A DNA stretch of 50,974 nucleotides. Origin: Burkholderiales bacterium (lineage in GTDB: Bacteria; Pseudomonadota; Gammaproteobacteria; Burkholderiales; JAEUOS01). The DNA is taken from assembly GCA_036271855.1 (NCBI GenBank), contig DATAZV010000324.1, positions 1 through 50,974 on the forward strand, in the 5' to 3' direction. The notes under the pieces are model-generated. The model had not been told where the DNA came from. It did no database searches and saw only the letters and a list, made by a program, of their open reading frames with translations. The number at the start of each line of letters is the position of its first letter. Position 1 is the stretch's first letter. Of this stretch, positions 26,449-36,231 are shown in pieces. Made by a program: the position numbers and the translations under genes.

Positions 26449-27167
26449 GCCGCATCTCCGTTGACGGCTCCGGCCACCAGTTCGCCGGCACGCAGCTCGA
26501 TGGTGCGGGTCTTCACCTTGGCAGAGGCGCGGGCCACCGCGTTGGCGTCGTGGGTGGCGATCAGCGCGGTGACGCCGACCTGGCTGAAAGCGGCGAACAA
26601 GTCGATGATCTCGGCGGCGTAGTTGGCATCGAGATTGGCGGTGGGCTCATCGGCGATCAAAATCGAGGGACGGTTGACGATGGCCCGCGCAATCGCCAGG
26701 CGCTGCTGCTCGCCGCCGGAAAGGGCGATCGGGTTGGCCTTTTCGCGTGGCAGCAGGCCGACCTTGTCGAGCGCGGCGCGGGCGCGGCGGGCGCCGTCGC
26801 GCGGATGCACGCCGGTGACGTTCAGCGGCAGCATCACGTTGTCGAACACGCTGCGGTCGTAGAGCAGCTTCTGGTCCTGGAAAATCTGCCCGACATTGCG
26901 GCGCAGGAAAGGGATCGCGCTGCTGCGCATTTTCGACACGTTCTGCCCACCGACCATGACGATGCCGGAATTGACCCGCTCGATCACCGGGATTAGTTTC
27001 AGCAAGGTGCTTTTTCCCGCACCCGAGTGGCCGAGAAGAAAAACAAGTTCACCCTCGGCGACGCTGAAGGAAACATTTTTCAGCGCCTCGTAGCCCCCGG
27101 GGTAGCGCTTGTGGACCGCCGAAAACTCGATCATCGCGCCCGATTTTTCCTTGGCGGGGGCTTGCAT
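26445..27167 (-). CDS. ftsE: cell division ATP-binding protein FtsE
   Basis: Walker A GHSGAGKST, ABC signature LSGGEQQR and Walker B ILIADEP. The start shares one nucleotide with the ftsY stop (TGATG). ATG at 27134 (MIEFSAV) is an alternative. Confidence 0.93.
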   Translation of the reverse strand: MQAPAKEKSGAMIEFSAVHKRYPGGYEALKNVSFSVAEGELVFLLGHSGAGKSTLLKLIPVIERVNSGIVMVGGQNVSKMRSSAIPFLRRNVGQIFQDQKLLYDRSVFDNVMLPLNVTGVHPRDGARRARAALDKVGLLPREKANPIALSGGEQQRLAIARAIVNRPSILIADEPTANLDANYAAEIIDLFAAFSQVGVTALIATHDANAVARASAKVKTRTIELRAGELVAGAVNGDAA

Positions 27168-28189
27168 CAGTCCAGTCCGAGCATGGCATTGGCGAACTCA
27201 TGCGCCTTGAACGGGCGCAAGTCTTCGATGCCTTCGCCGACGCCGATGAAATACACCGGCCTGGGGCGCGCGGCGGCAATCGCGCACAGCACGCCGCCCT
27301 TGGCGGTGCCATCAAGCTTGGTGACAACCAGACCCGTCAACGTGAGTGCGTCGTCGAAGGCCTTCACCTGGGCCACCGCGTTTTGCCCGGTATTGGCGTC
27401 GATCACCAGCAGCACCTCATGTGGTGCCGTGGCATCCGCCTTGGTGATCACCCGCTTGACCTTCTTGATCTCTTCCATCAGGTTCAGTTGTGTCGGCAGG
27501 CGCCCGGCAGTGTCGGCCATCAGGATGTCGATGCCGCGCGCTTTCGCCGCCTGGGTGGCATCGAAAATCACTGCCGCGGCGTCGCCGCTTTCCTGCGTAA
27601 TCACGGCAATGTTGTTGCGCTCGCCCCAGGTGACGAGTTGCTCGCGGGCGGCGGCGCGAAAGGTGTCGCCGGCGGCCAGCAGCACGCTTTTGCCGCGCGA
27701 CTGAAAATACTTTGCCAATTTGCCGATGCTGGTGGTTTTGCCGACGCCATTGACCCCGCTGATCATCACCACCAGGGGCTTGGCGCGGTCCAGCTTCATC
27801 GCCCGCTCCAGCGGCCGCAGCATGTCGGTGATCAGCTCGGCCAGGGCGCGCCTGAGGGTCTCGCCGTCCTCGATCTTGTCGCGCTTGGCACGCTCGCGCA
27901 GTTGCCCGATCAGGGTTTGTGCGGCGGGCACGCCACAATCGGCGGAAATCAGTGCGGCTTCGAGGTCCTCGAACAGCGCCTCGTCGACCTTGATGCCGGT
28001 GAACAGCGAATTGAGCTGGAAGCGGGTTTTCGACAGCCCGGCCTTGAGGCGTTCGCCCCAGGAGGGCTTGGCCGGATTGTCCTCCGGAGGCGCTGCCGGT
28101 GCTTCGGGCACGACGGCTGCGGGCTGGTCGCTGGGCTCGCCTTCCGGGGCCGCCCCCTTGGGAGGCTTGGGCTTGAACATCGAAAACAT
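27167..28189 (-). CDS. ftsY: signal recognition particle receptor FtsY
   Basis: NG domain motifs GVNGVGKTTSIGKLA, DTAGRL and TKLDGTAKGG, with an acidic/Pro-rich N-terminus. Confidence 0.95.
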   Translation of the reverse strand: MFSMFKPKPPKGAAPEGEPSDQPAAVVPEAPAAPPEDNPAKPSWGERLKAGLSKTRFQLNSLFTGIKVDEALFEDLEAALISADCGVPAAQTLIGQLRERAKRDKIEDGETLRRALAELITDMLRPLERAMKLDRAKPLVVMISGVNGVGKTTSIGKLAKYFQSRGKSVLLAAGDTFRAAAREQLVTWGERNNIAVITQESGDAAAVIFDATQAAKARGIDILMADTAGRLPTQLNLMEEIKKVKRVITKADATAPHEVLLVIDANTGQNAVAQVKAFDDALTLTGLVVTKLDGTAKGGVLCAIAAARPRPVYFIGVGEGIEDLRPFKAHEFANAMLGLD

Positions 28190-28326
28190 GGTGGCGATCT
28201 GGGCGCGGACGCGTAGAATTTAACAGTGATTTTACAGGGAAGACCGCGGGCTGATCCGGCATCTTGCAAACTAAGCCGCCCGTATATGGTCAAATTGGCC
28301 TCCGCAAGTTCCCACCCCTTCGAATA

Positions 28327-29733
28327 ATGAAAACATTTCCCCGTTTCAAGGCCCTGATCCTCGGCGCCTTTTGCGCCCTGGCGTGCAACGCGGCCTCTGC
28401 CGCCGCCCCGGCGGCGGCCAGCCCGGGGCCTGGCGGCACCTATGAGACCACGCTGCCCAATGGCCTGAAGATCATCGTCAAGGAAGACCATCGGGCGCCG
28501 ACCATCGCCCACATGGTGTGGTACCGCGCCGGCAGCATGGACGAGTTCAACGGCACCACCGGGGTGGCGCACATTCTCGAGCACATGATGTTCAAGGGTA
28601 CGAAGTCGGTGCCGCCGGGCGAGTTTTCCAACCGCGTGGCCGCCGCCGGCGGGCGCGAGAACGCCTTCACCAACCGCGACTACACGGCCTATTTCCAGCA
28701 GATCCACAAGTCGAAACTCGAACTGGTGATGAAGCTCGAGTCCGACCGAATGGCCAACCTCAATCTGACCGACGCCGAGTTCTCCAAGGAGATCAAGGTG
28801 GTGATGGAGGAGCGGCGCTGGCGCACCGACGACCAGCCGCGCGCCCTGCTGTACGAGGCAGCTCAGGCGATGGCCTTCGAAGCGCATCCCTATCACCATC
28901 CGGTGATCGGCTGGATGCGCGACCTGGAAACCATGACCGGCGCCGACGCGCGCAAGTGGTACAACACCTGGTACGCGCCGAACAATGCCGTGCTGATTGT
29001 CATCGGCGACGTGCAGGCCGCGCAGGTGGTGGCACTGGCGAAAAAATATTACGGCGGGATCAAAACCAAGGCGCTGCCGGCGCGCAAGCCGCAGGACGAA
29101 CCCGAGCAGCACGGCATCCGCCGGGTCAACGTCAAGGCGCCGGCCGAGTTGCCCTACCTGATCATGGGCTGGCAAGTGCCGAAACTGAACGATGTGGAAA
29201 AGGACAGCGACCCCTATGCCCTGGAAGTGCTGGCCGGGGTGCTCGACGGCCATGACGGCGCGCGCATCACCAAAAATCTGATCCGCGAGCAGCGCATCGC
29301 CCACGAGGCCGGCGCCGGGTATGACAGCACTTCGCGCGGCCCCACCATGTTCTCCCTCGAAGGGGTGCCCGCGGACGGCAAGACCGTGGCCGATCTGGAA
29401 GCGGCGCTGCGCGGCGAAGTAAAAAAGATTGCCGACGAGGGCGTGACCGAAGCCGAACTCAAGCGCGTCAAGGCGCAGGTGGTGGCGGCCCAGGTGTACA
29501 AGCGCGACTCCATCTTCGGCCAGGCGATGGAAATCGCGCAATACGAAATGGTCGGCATTTCGCACAAGAACATCGACCGCATCCTGGAAAAGCTCAAGGG
29601 CGTGACCGCCGAACAGGTGCAGGCCGCGGCGAAAAAATATTTCGGCGACGACACCCTGACCATCGCCACCCTGACGCCCCTACCGATCACCGACAAGCCG
29701 CGCGGGCCGCCGAAAGGGATGCGCTCCGATTGA
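28327..29733 (+). CDS. M16 family zinc peptidase (catalytic subunit type)
   Basis: Signal peptide and the inverted zinc motif HILEHMMFKG (HxxEH). Start taken at MKTFPRF. Confidence 0.9.
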   Translation: MKTFPRFKALILGAFCALACNAASAAAPAAASPGPGGTYETTLPNGLKIIVKEDHRAPTIAHMVWYRAGSMDEFNGTTGVAHILEHMMFKGTKSVPPGEFSNRVAAAGGRENAFTNRDYTAYFQQIHKSKLELVMKLESDRMANLNLTDAEFSKEIKVVMEERRWRTDDQPRALLYEAAQAMAFEAHPYHHPVIGWMRDLETMTGADARKWYNTWYAPNNAVLIVIGDVQAAQVVALAKKYYGGIKTKALPARKPQDEPEQHGIRRVNVKAPAELPYLIMGWQVPKLNDVEKDSDPYALEVLAGVLDGHDGARITKNLIREQRIAHEAGAGYDSTSRGPTMFSLEGVPADGKTVADLEAALRGEVKKIADEGVTEAELKRVKAQVVAAQVYKRDSIFGQAMEIAQYEMVGISHKNIDRILEKLKGVTAEQVQAAAKKYFGDDTLTIATLTPLPITDKPRGPPKGMRSD

Positions 29734-29736
29734 GCA

Positions 29737-29806
29737 GGCAAGAGTAAAAACCTACTTTTGCCTGGTTCTAATTTGTAAAAATCACTGGCAGAGCCAGATG
29801 ATTTTT
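29737..29806 (+). repeat. composite double-hairpin repeat, copy B (H1 29737-29762, H2 29777-29806)
   Basis: H1 is GGCAAGAGTA-AAAACC-TACTTTTGCC (one G:T pair). H2 is AAAAATCACTGGC-AGA-GCCAG(A)TGATTTTT. It starts 4 nt after the stop of the first M16 gene. Confidence 0.8.
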
Positions 29807-29846
29807 TTAAAGTAAAAAGCGAACGAAAAAACAAAGGCGGCAAGTC

Positions 29847-31145
29847 ATGAAGCTGATGCGCAAAATATTGATGCTGGGGCTGTTATGCGTGGCGGGTGTC
29901 GCGCAGGCGGCGTTGCCGGTGCAGACCTGGACGGCGAAGAGCGGGGCCAAGGTGCTGTTCGTGGAGAGCCGCAGCATTCCAATGCTCGATGTGAACATTG
30001 ACTTCGACGCGGGGGCGCGCTATGACACAGCGGCCAAGAGCGGGTTGTCGGCGATGACCAGCGGCATGCTGGGCCTGGGGGCCGAGGGCATGGACGAGGA
30101 GTCGATCGCCAACGGCTTTGCGGATGTGGGCGCGCAGCGCGGCGCCTCGGCGGACAACGACCGGGCGGGCGCGTCGCTGCGCACGCTCTCTTCGGTGGCC
30201 GAGCGTGACGCGGCGCTCAAGCTGTTCGCCAATGTGATCCAGGCGCCGACCTTTCCCGAGACCGTGCTGGCGCGCGAAAAACAGCGCAGCATCGCCGGCC
30301 TGAAGGAAGCCGAAACCAAACCGGATTCGATCGCCGACCGCGCCTTTTCCAAGGCGATGTACGGCAACCATCCCTATGCTTTCGACCCGACCGAGCAAAG
30401 CGTGTCGGCGATCACCCGCGCCGACATCGCCGCTTTTTATCACGACAACTACAGCGCGAAGCGCGCGGTGGTGACGATGATCGGCGACATTTCGCGCGCC
30501 GAAGCCGAGGCGATTGCCGAGCAGATCACCGCCAAATTGCCCGCCGGCGCGCCGCCGCCGGTGGTGCCCCCGGTAGGCGCTCCGGACATCACGCCGATTC
30601 GCATCGCGCATCCCGCCACCCAGGCGCACGTGCTGATCGGCGCGCCCGCGCTCAAGCGCGGCGACCCGGATTACTTTCCGCTGATGGTCGGCAACTATGT
30701 GCTGGGCGGTGGCGGCTTCGTCTCGCGCCTGATGCGCGAGGTGCGCGAAAAGCGCGGCCTGGCCTATAGCGTCTACAGCTACTTCATGCCGCTGAAAGAC
30801 GAGGGTCCGTTCCAGATCGGCCTGCAGACCAAAAAGGAGCAGGTGCCCGAGGCCCTGGACATCGTCAAGCGCGTGGTGGCCGACTATGTGGCCAACGGCC
30901 CTACGGCCAAGGAATTGCAGGCGGCCAAGGACAATCTGATCGGCGGCTTTCCCCTGCGGATCGACAACAACCGCAAGCTGCTGGACAACCTGGCGGTGAT
31001 CGGCTTTTACAACCTGCCGCTGGATTACCTCGACACCTGGACGGCGAACGTCAATCGCGTCACCGTGGCCGAGGTGAAGGCCGACTTCGCCAAGCGCGTG
31101 CATCCGGATGCAATGGCCTCGGTGGTCGTCGGCATGCCGCAGTAG
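29847..31145 (+). CDS. M16 family peptidase (non-catalytic partner type)
   Basis: 432 aa with a signal peptide and M16 fold segments (VLFVESRSIPMLDVNIDFDAG...), but no HxxEH motif. Confidence 0.88.
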   Translation: MKLMRKILMLGLLCVAGVAQAALPVQTWTAKSGAKVLFVESRSIPMLDVNIDFDAGARYDTAAKSGLSAMTSGMLGLGAEGMDEESIANGFADVGAQRGASADNDRAGASLRTLSSVAERDAALKLFANVIQAPTFPETVLAREKQRSIAGLKEAETKPDSIADRAFSKAMYGNHPYAFDPTEQSVSAITRADIAAFYHDNYSAKRAVVTMIGDISRAEAEAIAEQITAKLPAGAPPPVVPPVGAPDITPIRIAHPATQAHVLIGAPALKRGDPDYFPLMVGNYVLGGGGFVSRLMREVREKRGLAYSVYSYFMPLKDEGPFQIGLQTKKEQVPEALDIVKRVVADYVANGPTAKELQAAKDNLIGGFPLRIDNNRKLLDNLAVIGFYNLPLDYLDTWTANVNRVTVAEVKADFAKRVHPDAMASVVVGMPQ

Positions 31146-31164
31146 CGGTCGCGCGGCCCGGGTT

Positions 31165-31734
31165 GTGCCTGCCTTGAACAAGGTCCGCATCATCGGCGGG
31201 GAGTGGCGCAGCCGCCTGGTCACCTTTCCCGACGTGCCGGGCTTGCGGCCCACCGCCGACCGGGTGCGCGGCACCCTGTTCAACTGGCTCGGGCAGGACC
31301 TGACGGGCAAGACCTGCCTGGACTTGTTCGCCGGCAGCGGCGTGCTGGGCTTCGAGGCGCTCTCACGCAACGCCCGGCACGTGACCATGGTCGAGCGCGA
31401 CGCCCGCGCCCGTGCCGGCCTCTCGGCATCGGCCCAAACCCTGCAAGCCGGCGCCCGCCTCGATATTCTGGGCGCCGATGCGTTACAATTTTTGCTGCAA
31501 TGCAACCAGCGCGATAAATCCAACAATCAGCGCTTTGACGTGGTGTTTTGCGACCCCCCCTTCAAACAGGACTGGTTTCCGAAGCTGTGGCAGCCCCTGG
31601 CCGGTGTGCTGGCCGAAGGCGGCGTGGTTTACGCCGAAAGCGAAGCCGCCCTGGCGCCGCCGCCGCCCTGGCAGCTGCGCAAGAGCGGCCGGGCAGGGGC
31701 GGTGCATTACCACTTGATTGACGCGGGTTTGTAG
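31165..31734 (+). CDS. rsmD: 16S rRNA (guanine966-N2)-methyltransferase RsmD
   Basis: RIIGGEWRSR, LRPTADRVRGTLFNWL, LDLFAGSGVLGFEALSR and FCDPPF motifs. GTG at 31165 is chosen because it does not overlap the upstream gene; TTG at 31174 is possible. Confidence 0.85.
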   Translation: MPALNKVRIIGGEWRSRLVTFPDVPGLRPTADRVRGTLFNWLGQDLTGKTCLDLFAGSGVLGFEALSRNARHVTMVERDARARAGLSASAQTLQAGARLDILGADALQFLLQCNQRDKSNNQRFDVVFCDPPFKQDWFPKLWQPLAGVLAEGGVVYAESEAALAPPPPWQLRKSGRAGAVHYHLIDAGL

Positions 31735-31768
31735 CGGTTAAACTCCGTGGGACCAGCCCGGGCTTTAA

Positions 31769-32326
<558 letters not shown>

Positions 32327-32340
32327 GGGGCAACAAATGA

Positions 32341-32610
<270 letters not shown>

Positions 32611-32643
32611 GCCGCGAGCTAAAAAAATCACGAGCCGCAAATA

Positions 32644-32671
32644 AAAAATGGCGCCAAAGGCGCCCATTTTT
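32644..32671 (+). terminator. intrinsic terminator after yfhL
   Basis: AAAAATGGCGCC-AAA-GGCGC(C)CATTTTT, with A and T tracts on both sides. Confidence 0.6.
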
Positions 32672-32691
32672 CTCGTAGCTTTTACCTCAAG

Positions 32692-32760
32692 AAAATCGTC
32701 TGGCTCCGCCAGCGATTTTTGAGCAATCACCACGCAAAAGTAGGTTTGTACTTTTGCGTG
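32692..32760 (-). repeat. composite double-hairpin repeat, copy C (H2 32692-32719, H1 32731-32760; inverted relative to A and B)
   Basis: H1 is CACGCAAAAGTA-GGTTTG-TACTTTTGCGTG. Its reverse complement contains the same 22-nt core as copy A, CAAAAGTACAAACCTACTTTTG. The reverse complement of H2 is 27/30 identical to copy B H2. It ends 1 nt from the dynamin-like gene stop. Confidence 0.85.
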
Positions 32761-32761
32761 C

Positions 32762-34738
32762 CTACAAAGTGAGATCGAATCCCTGCTCGCTGTCCACCGA
32801 GTTGATCATCTCCTGCGCCAGCATGGCGTCGAGCTCCTCGCGCAGATGGTCCAGCGCGATCACCTGGGTGGTCAGGTCTTTCTCGGTGTCGTGCAGTTCC
32901 TGCACCCGGTCTTCCAGGGTGTCGGTAGCGTCGTGGATGCGCTTGATCGAGTCCAGGCGGCGGCGCAATTGCTGCTGGCGCTCCTTGATCTGCGACTCCA
33001 GCGGGTTCATCACCGCCTTCAGCCAGGCTTCGGCGTCGCGGTTGGCGACTTCGAAGGCGCTCTGGATGCGCGAGGCGACGACGCCGAAAAAGCGCGTCGC
33101 GATGCCGCGCTTGTATTCGGTGATCATGCTCATGGCGCCGAAACGCTTGGTGAAGCTTTCCTCGACGCGGTCGACTTCCTTCAGGTAGCGCAGCATGGAG
33201 AACTGCGCCGGCGCCGCCAGGCGCAGGCCGAACTCGCCGCCGAACTTCTTGTACATCGCCTGCATCATGGTGGTGATTTCAGCCACCACCGTGTTGGTCT
33301 GCTCGAACAGCTCGCGGTTGTCCTTGAAAAAACGCCGCATCGCTTCCAGCACGCCCGCGGAAAAGGCGGCGCCGTCGATCGCCCCGTGGGTCGCCTTGAC
33401 CTCGTCGCGGTAGGCTTCCATCCCGAGGTGGCGGAACAGGGTGTTGGTGCTGCGCGCCAGCACGCTGCGGGTGGCGGCGAACTGCAGCAGGCTTTTCTCG
33501 AACGTCTCTTTCTCGGTGCGCACGCGTTGCAGCATGTGCTGCATCACGTCCTCGTTCTTGCCCTGCAGGTCTTCCAGTTCGCGCAACTGGTCCTTGACGT
33601 TGTTCATGCGCGAGGCCAGCAGCGACTGGCTGGAGGCGACCACGTCGCGCATTTCGCCGGCGACGAAGTCGCGCACGATGTCCTGCTTGGCGGGAATCAA
33701 TTCCTCCGACAGCGCCGCTTCCAGGCGCGGCAGGCGGCTCTTGGCCAGCAGCTTGGGGTCGCTGTGCACCTTCGCCACCAGGCCTTTTTGCGCCGAGATG
33801 GGAAACACGTTTTTCACGTCCAGCGCCAGCATCGAGGCGACCTGGCCGGCCTGCTTGTCGATCTCGGCGTCGATCTCCACCTGGGTCTTCAGCTCGTCCC
33901 ACAGGCCGTCGATCTTGTTGAGCACCACCATGCGCGCGCGCTTGGTCGCTTCACCGCCGCCGATGTGCTCGCGCCACACCTGGATGTCCGACTTGGTCAC
34001 GCCGGTGTCGGCCGCCAGCACGAACAGCACGGCGTGCGCGGAGGGAATCAGGTTCAACGTCAGTTCCGGCTCGGAGCCGATCGCGTTCAAGCCCGGGGTG
34101 TCGAGGATCACCAGGCCCTGCGCCAGGAGCGGGTGCGGAAAGTTGATCACCGCATGGCGCCAGCTGGGGATTTCCAGCAGGCCGTCCGGGCCGACCGAGC
34201 TTTGCTGGTCCGGGTCCTTTTCGTCGAACAGCGCCAGTTCCTTGGCCGTTTCCACCGACACGCGCTTGACCTGGCTGACGTGCTTGAAGGCGGCCAGCAT
34301 GGCGTCGCCCGAGCTGGTGTCCAGCGGATGGGTGACCCATTCTTCGGGGTACTGCTTATATTCGGAAACACTGGCGGTCTTGGCGCGGGTCTCGATCGGC
34401 AGCAGGCGCAGCTCCGGGCTCTCGCCCTCGGTGTACATCAGCTCGGTCGGGCACATGGTGGTGCGCCCGGCGGAGGAAGGCAGGATGCGCCGGCCGTAGT
34501 CGGCGAAAAAGATGGCGTTGATCAGCTCCGACTTGCCGCGCGAAAATTCGGCGACAAAGGCGATCGACAGCTTGTCTTCAGCCAGGCGCTCGAGCACGCG
34601 GTTGATCCGTGAAGCCGAGGCGGTATCGATCAGCCCGGCCTCGCTGATCCAGTCGCGATAGCGCGTCACGGCCTGGCCGACAGCGAACCGCCACGAGCTG
34701 TATAGCTGGAACCTTTCGACCAGATTGACGCTGTTCAC
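32762..34738 (-). CDS. dynamin family protein (bacterial dynamin-like GTPase)
   Basis: 658 aa. G1 AEFSRGKSELINA, G3 VILDTPGLNA and G4 VLNKIDGLW, followed by a long helical stalk. GTG start. Confidence 0.88.
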   Translation of the reverse strand: MNSVNLVERFQLYSSWRFAVGQAVTRYRDWISEAGLIDTASASRINRVLERLAEDKLSIAFVAEFSRGKSELINAIFFADYGRRILPSSAGRTTMCPTELMYTEGESPELRLLPIETRAKTASVSEYKQYPEEWVTHPLDTSSGDAMLAAFKHVSQVKRVSVETAKELALFDEKDPDQQSSVGPDGLLEIPSWRHAVINFPHPLLAQGLVILDTPGLNAIGSEPELTLNLIPSAHAVLFVLAADTGVTKSDIQVWREHIGGGEATKRARMVVLNKIDGLWDELKTQVEIDAEIDKQAGQVASMLALDVKNVFPISAQKGLVAKVHSDPKLLAKSRLPRLEAALSEELIPAKQDIVRDFVAGEMRDVVASSQSLLASRMNNVKDQLRELEDLQGKNEDVMQHMLQRVRTEKETFEKSLLQFAATRSVLARSTNTLFRHLGMEAYRDEVKATHGAIDGAAFSAGVLEAMRRFFKDNRELFEQTNTVVAEITTMMQAMYKKFGGEFGLRLAAPAQFSMLRYLKEVDRVEESFTKRFGAMSMITEYKRGIATRFFGVVASRIQSAFEVANRDAEAWLKAVMNPLESQIKERQQQLRRRLDSIKRIHDATDTLEDRVQELHDTEKDLTTQVIALDHLREELDAMLAQEMINSVDSEQGFDLTL

Positions 34739-35421
34739 CGCTCCCCCGAACCCTCACCGTGCCACGCGCCTTGAGCGCAGGCCCGACTCCCACTACTTTC
34801 AAGCGCCGCCGCATGCCGGATGCGGCCGACGCCTCCCGATTTGTACCGAACTGCCGTTCTGACGCTGCGACATGGGTATGTCACATTATCGCATGGACAG
34901 ACCGCTTGTCTGGCTGGCCGGCGCGAACCTCCCGGCGCAGGCGAGAAAGCCATATTAACGACTTGATTTGCCACGCGATTTCCATGCTTCGTCGCGCCAG
35001 ACCGGCTAGTGTATACATGATTCGGCCGGATGGGTAAGCATCGTGGTTTGACGCCCGACCCCGGTGTTGGTGAAATGCAACTATTGCGGCTGATCTGGTC
35101 CCGCGTCCTTGCCGGTCCCGCCGCTGATGCACGCATCTCATGCACCGGCCCGCGTCTACCCGTGCCCGGTCCAAGAACTTGCGCCGATGGCGGGCCGTGA
35201 CTATCGCGTACGAGTAACCCTGTGAGGCGGATTCAGCGTCCGGGTTGTCATATTTCCTCGAGTGGTTGTAACGCAAGTTGTCACTTATGCGCGCAGTTTG
35301 CCACTTGGCCGAACGCCAGCGCGCGTCGCGATTTGCCGCGCATGGCCCTGGCGGCGGCCGCTGTCGCTTGATTCCACTCGGATAAAGCCTTTTTTCGGGA
35401 TTGTCGGCATTTCGACGGCCC

Positions 35422-35437
35422 TGGCGGCATATTTGCT
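35422..35437 (+). promoter_or_regulatory. candidate sigma-54 (-24/-12) promoter
   Basis: TGGCGGCATATTTGCT against the consensus TGGCACG-N4-TTGCW. GG and GC have exact spacing and all eight core TGGC/TTGC positions match. It lies about 160 nt upstream of the ATG at 35596. Confidence 0.35.
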
Positions 35438-35595
35438 GCTACTGCAATCAACAACCGGGAATGCGGTGGCCCAGTGGAACTAATGGCTCACCAAATCTCC
35501 AGTAAAAATACTATTACCCTCAGCAGGTTGATAAAATCGTTTCCCTCTTCCGCCAGTGCGGATGCAGCGAACCAGTCGAGCCCAAGCTTCACCGA

Positions 35596-36168
35596 ATGCC
35601 ATCAGTAGATCAACTCAAGCACCGGCTGGAAGAATTGCTTTCCAAGGTCGGGTTGGATAGTTCGAGCCGCGAGCGCAAGCAGGTGGCGCGGGCCGGCTCG
35701 CCCACCGAATTGCGCCTGCTCAGCACCAATCTGCGCGACCTGCTGGGCAAGCGTTTCGGCGACCGCTGGAACGGCGAGCTCGACGCGATTTTCGGCAAGA
35801 CCACGGTGATGGAAGACCCTCCCAGCATGCCGGTCTCGCAGCCGCCTTCCGACACCTCGGACATGAGCGGCCCGCAAACCCGCTTCGGCACCCAGGAAAC
35901 CTATACCGCACTGAAGCAGCAGTCGCCGGGCGAGCGCATCGGCTCCCTGCGCGCTTACCTGAGCCACGCCGCGCGCGAGCTGCTGGCCGACAAAAGCGCG
36001 CCGATGGAACAAAAGATCGCCTCTGCCCGCAGCATCAACGAGTTGCGCGGCATCGCCCGTGCGATGGCCGAGATCGCCCGCCTGTCGCACAGCGAAGTCA
36101 CGGTGGACCGTTTCACCCACAAGGTGCAGGCGCTGTTCGCCGTCGCCGAGGAACACTCCAGCCATTAG
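35596..36168 (+). CDS. hypothetical protein
   Basis: 190 aa. GC3 rises to the genome-typical level after the first ~20 codons. Plausible helical / disordered / helical composition. No family recognised and no clear ribosome-binding site. Confidence 0.6.
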   Translation: MPSVDQLKHRLEELLSKVGLDSSSRERKQVARAGSPTELRLLSTNLRDLLGKRFGDRWNGELDAIFGKTTVMEDPPSMPVSQPPSDTSDMSGPQTRFGTQETYTALKQQSPGERIGSLRAYLSHAARELLADKSAPMEQKIASARSINELRGIARAMAEIARLSHSEVTVDRFTHKVQALFAVAEEHSSH

Positions 36169-36231
36169 CCTTCCGGCAGCGTCCCCATGGAATGCGGGAC
36201 AATGGCGCCTGCGATGAATAACGGAGTGGCG

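Noticed and set aside
27949-31526. 538-aa and 547-aa minus-strand ORFs over the two M16 peptidase genes
   Set aside because: They are antisense to genes with signal peptides and the HxxEH motif, and have junk composition.
32846-34612. 588-aa plus-strand ORF over the dynamin-like gene
   Set aside because: The minus-strand frame carries the complete GTPase motif set. The plus-strand product is an H/Q/R/G-rich shadow ORF.
32762-34738. Calling the dynamin-like gene a phage-defence system
   Set aside because: It is a single gene without the partner proteins seen in described dynamin-type defence loci, and no other defence genes are nearby. The idea is kept only as a testable possibility.
34881-35608. 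ORFs of 131 aa (minus) and 73 aa (plus), and a 41-codon ORF (35483-35608) in the long non-coding region
   Set aside because: They have atypical codon usage for this genome, no ribosome-binding sites and no recognisable domains. The 41-codon ORF overlaps the start of the 190-aa gene and could at most be a leader peptide, which I cannot support.
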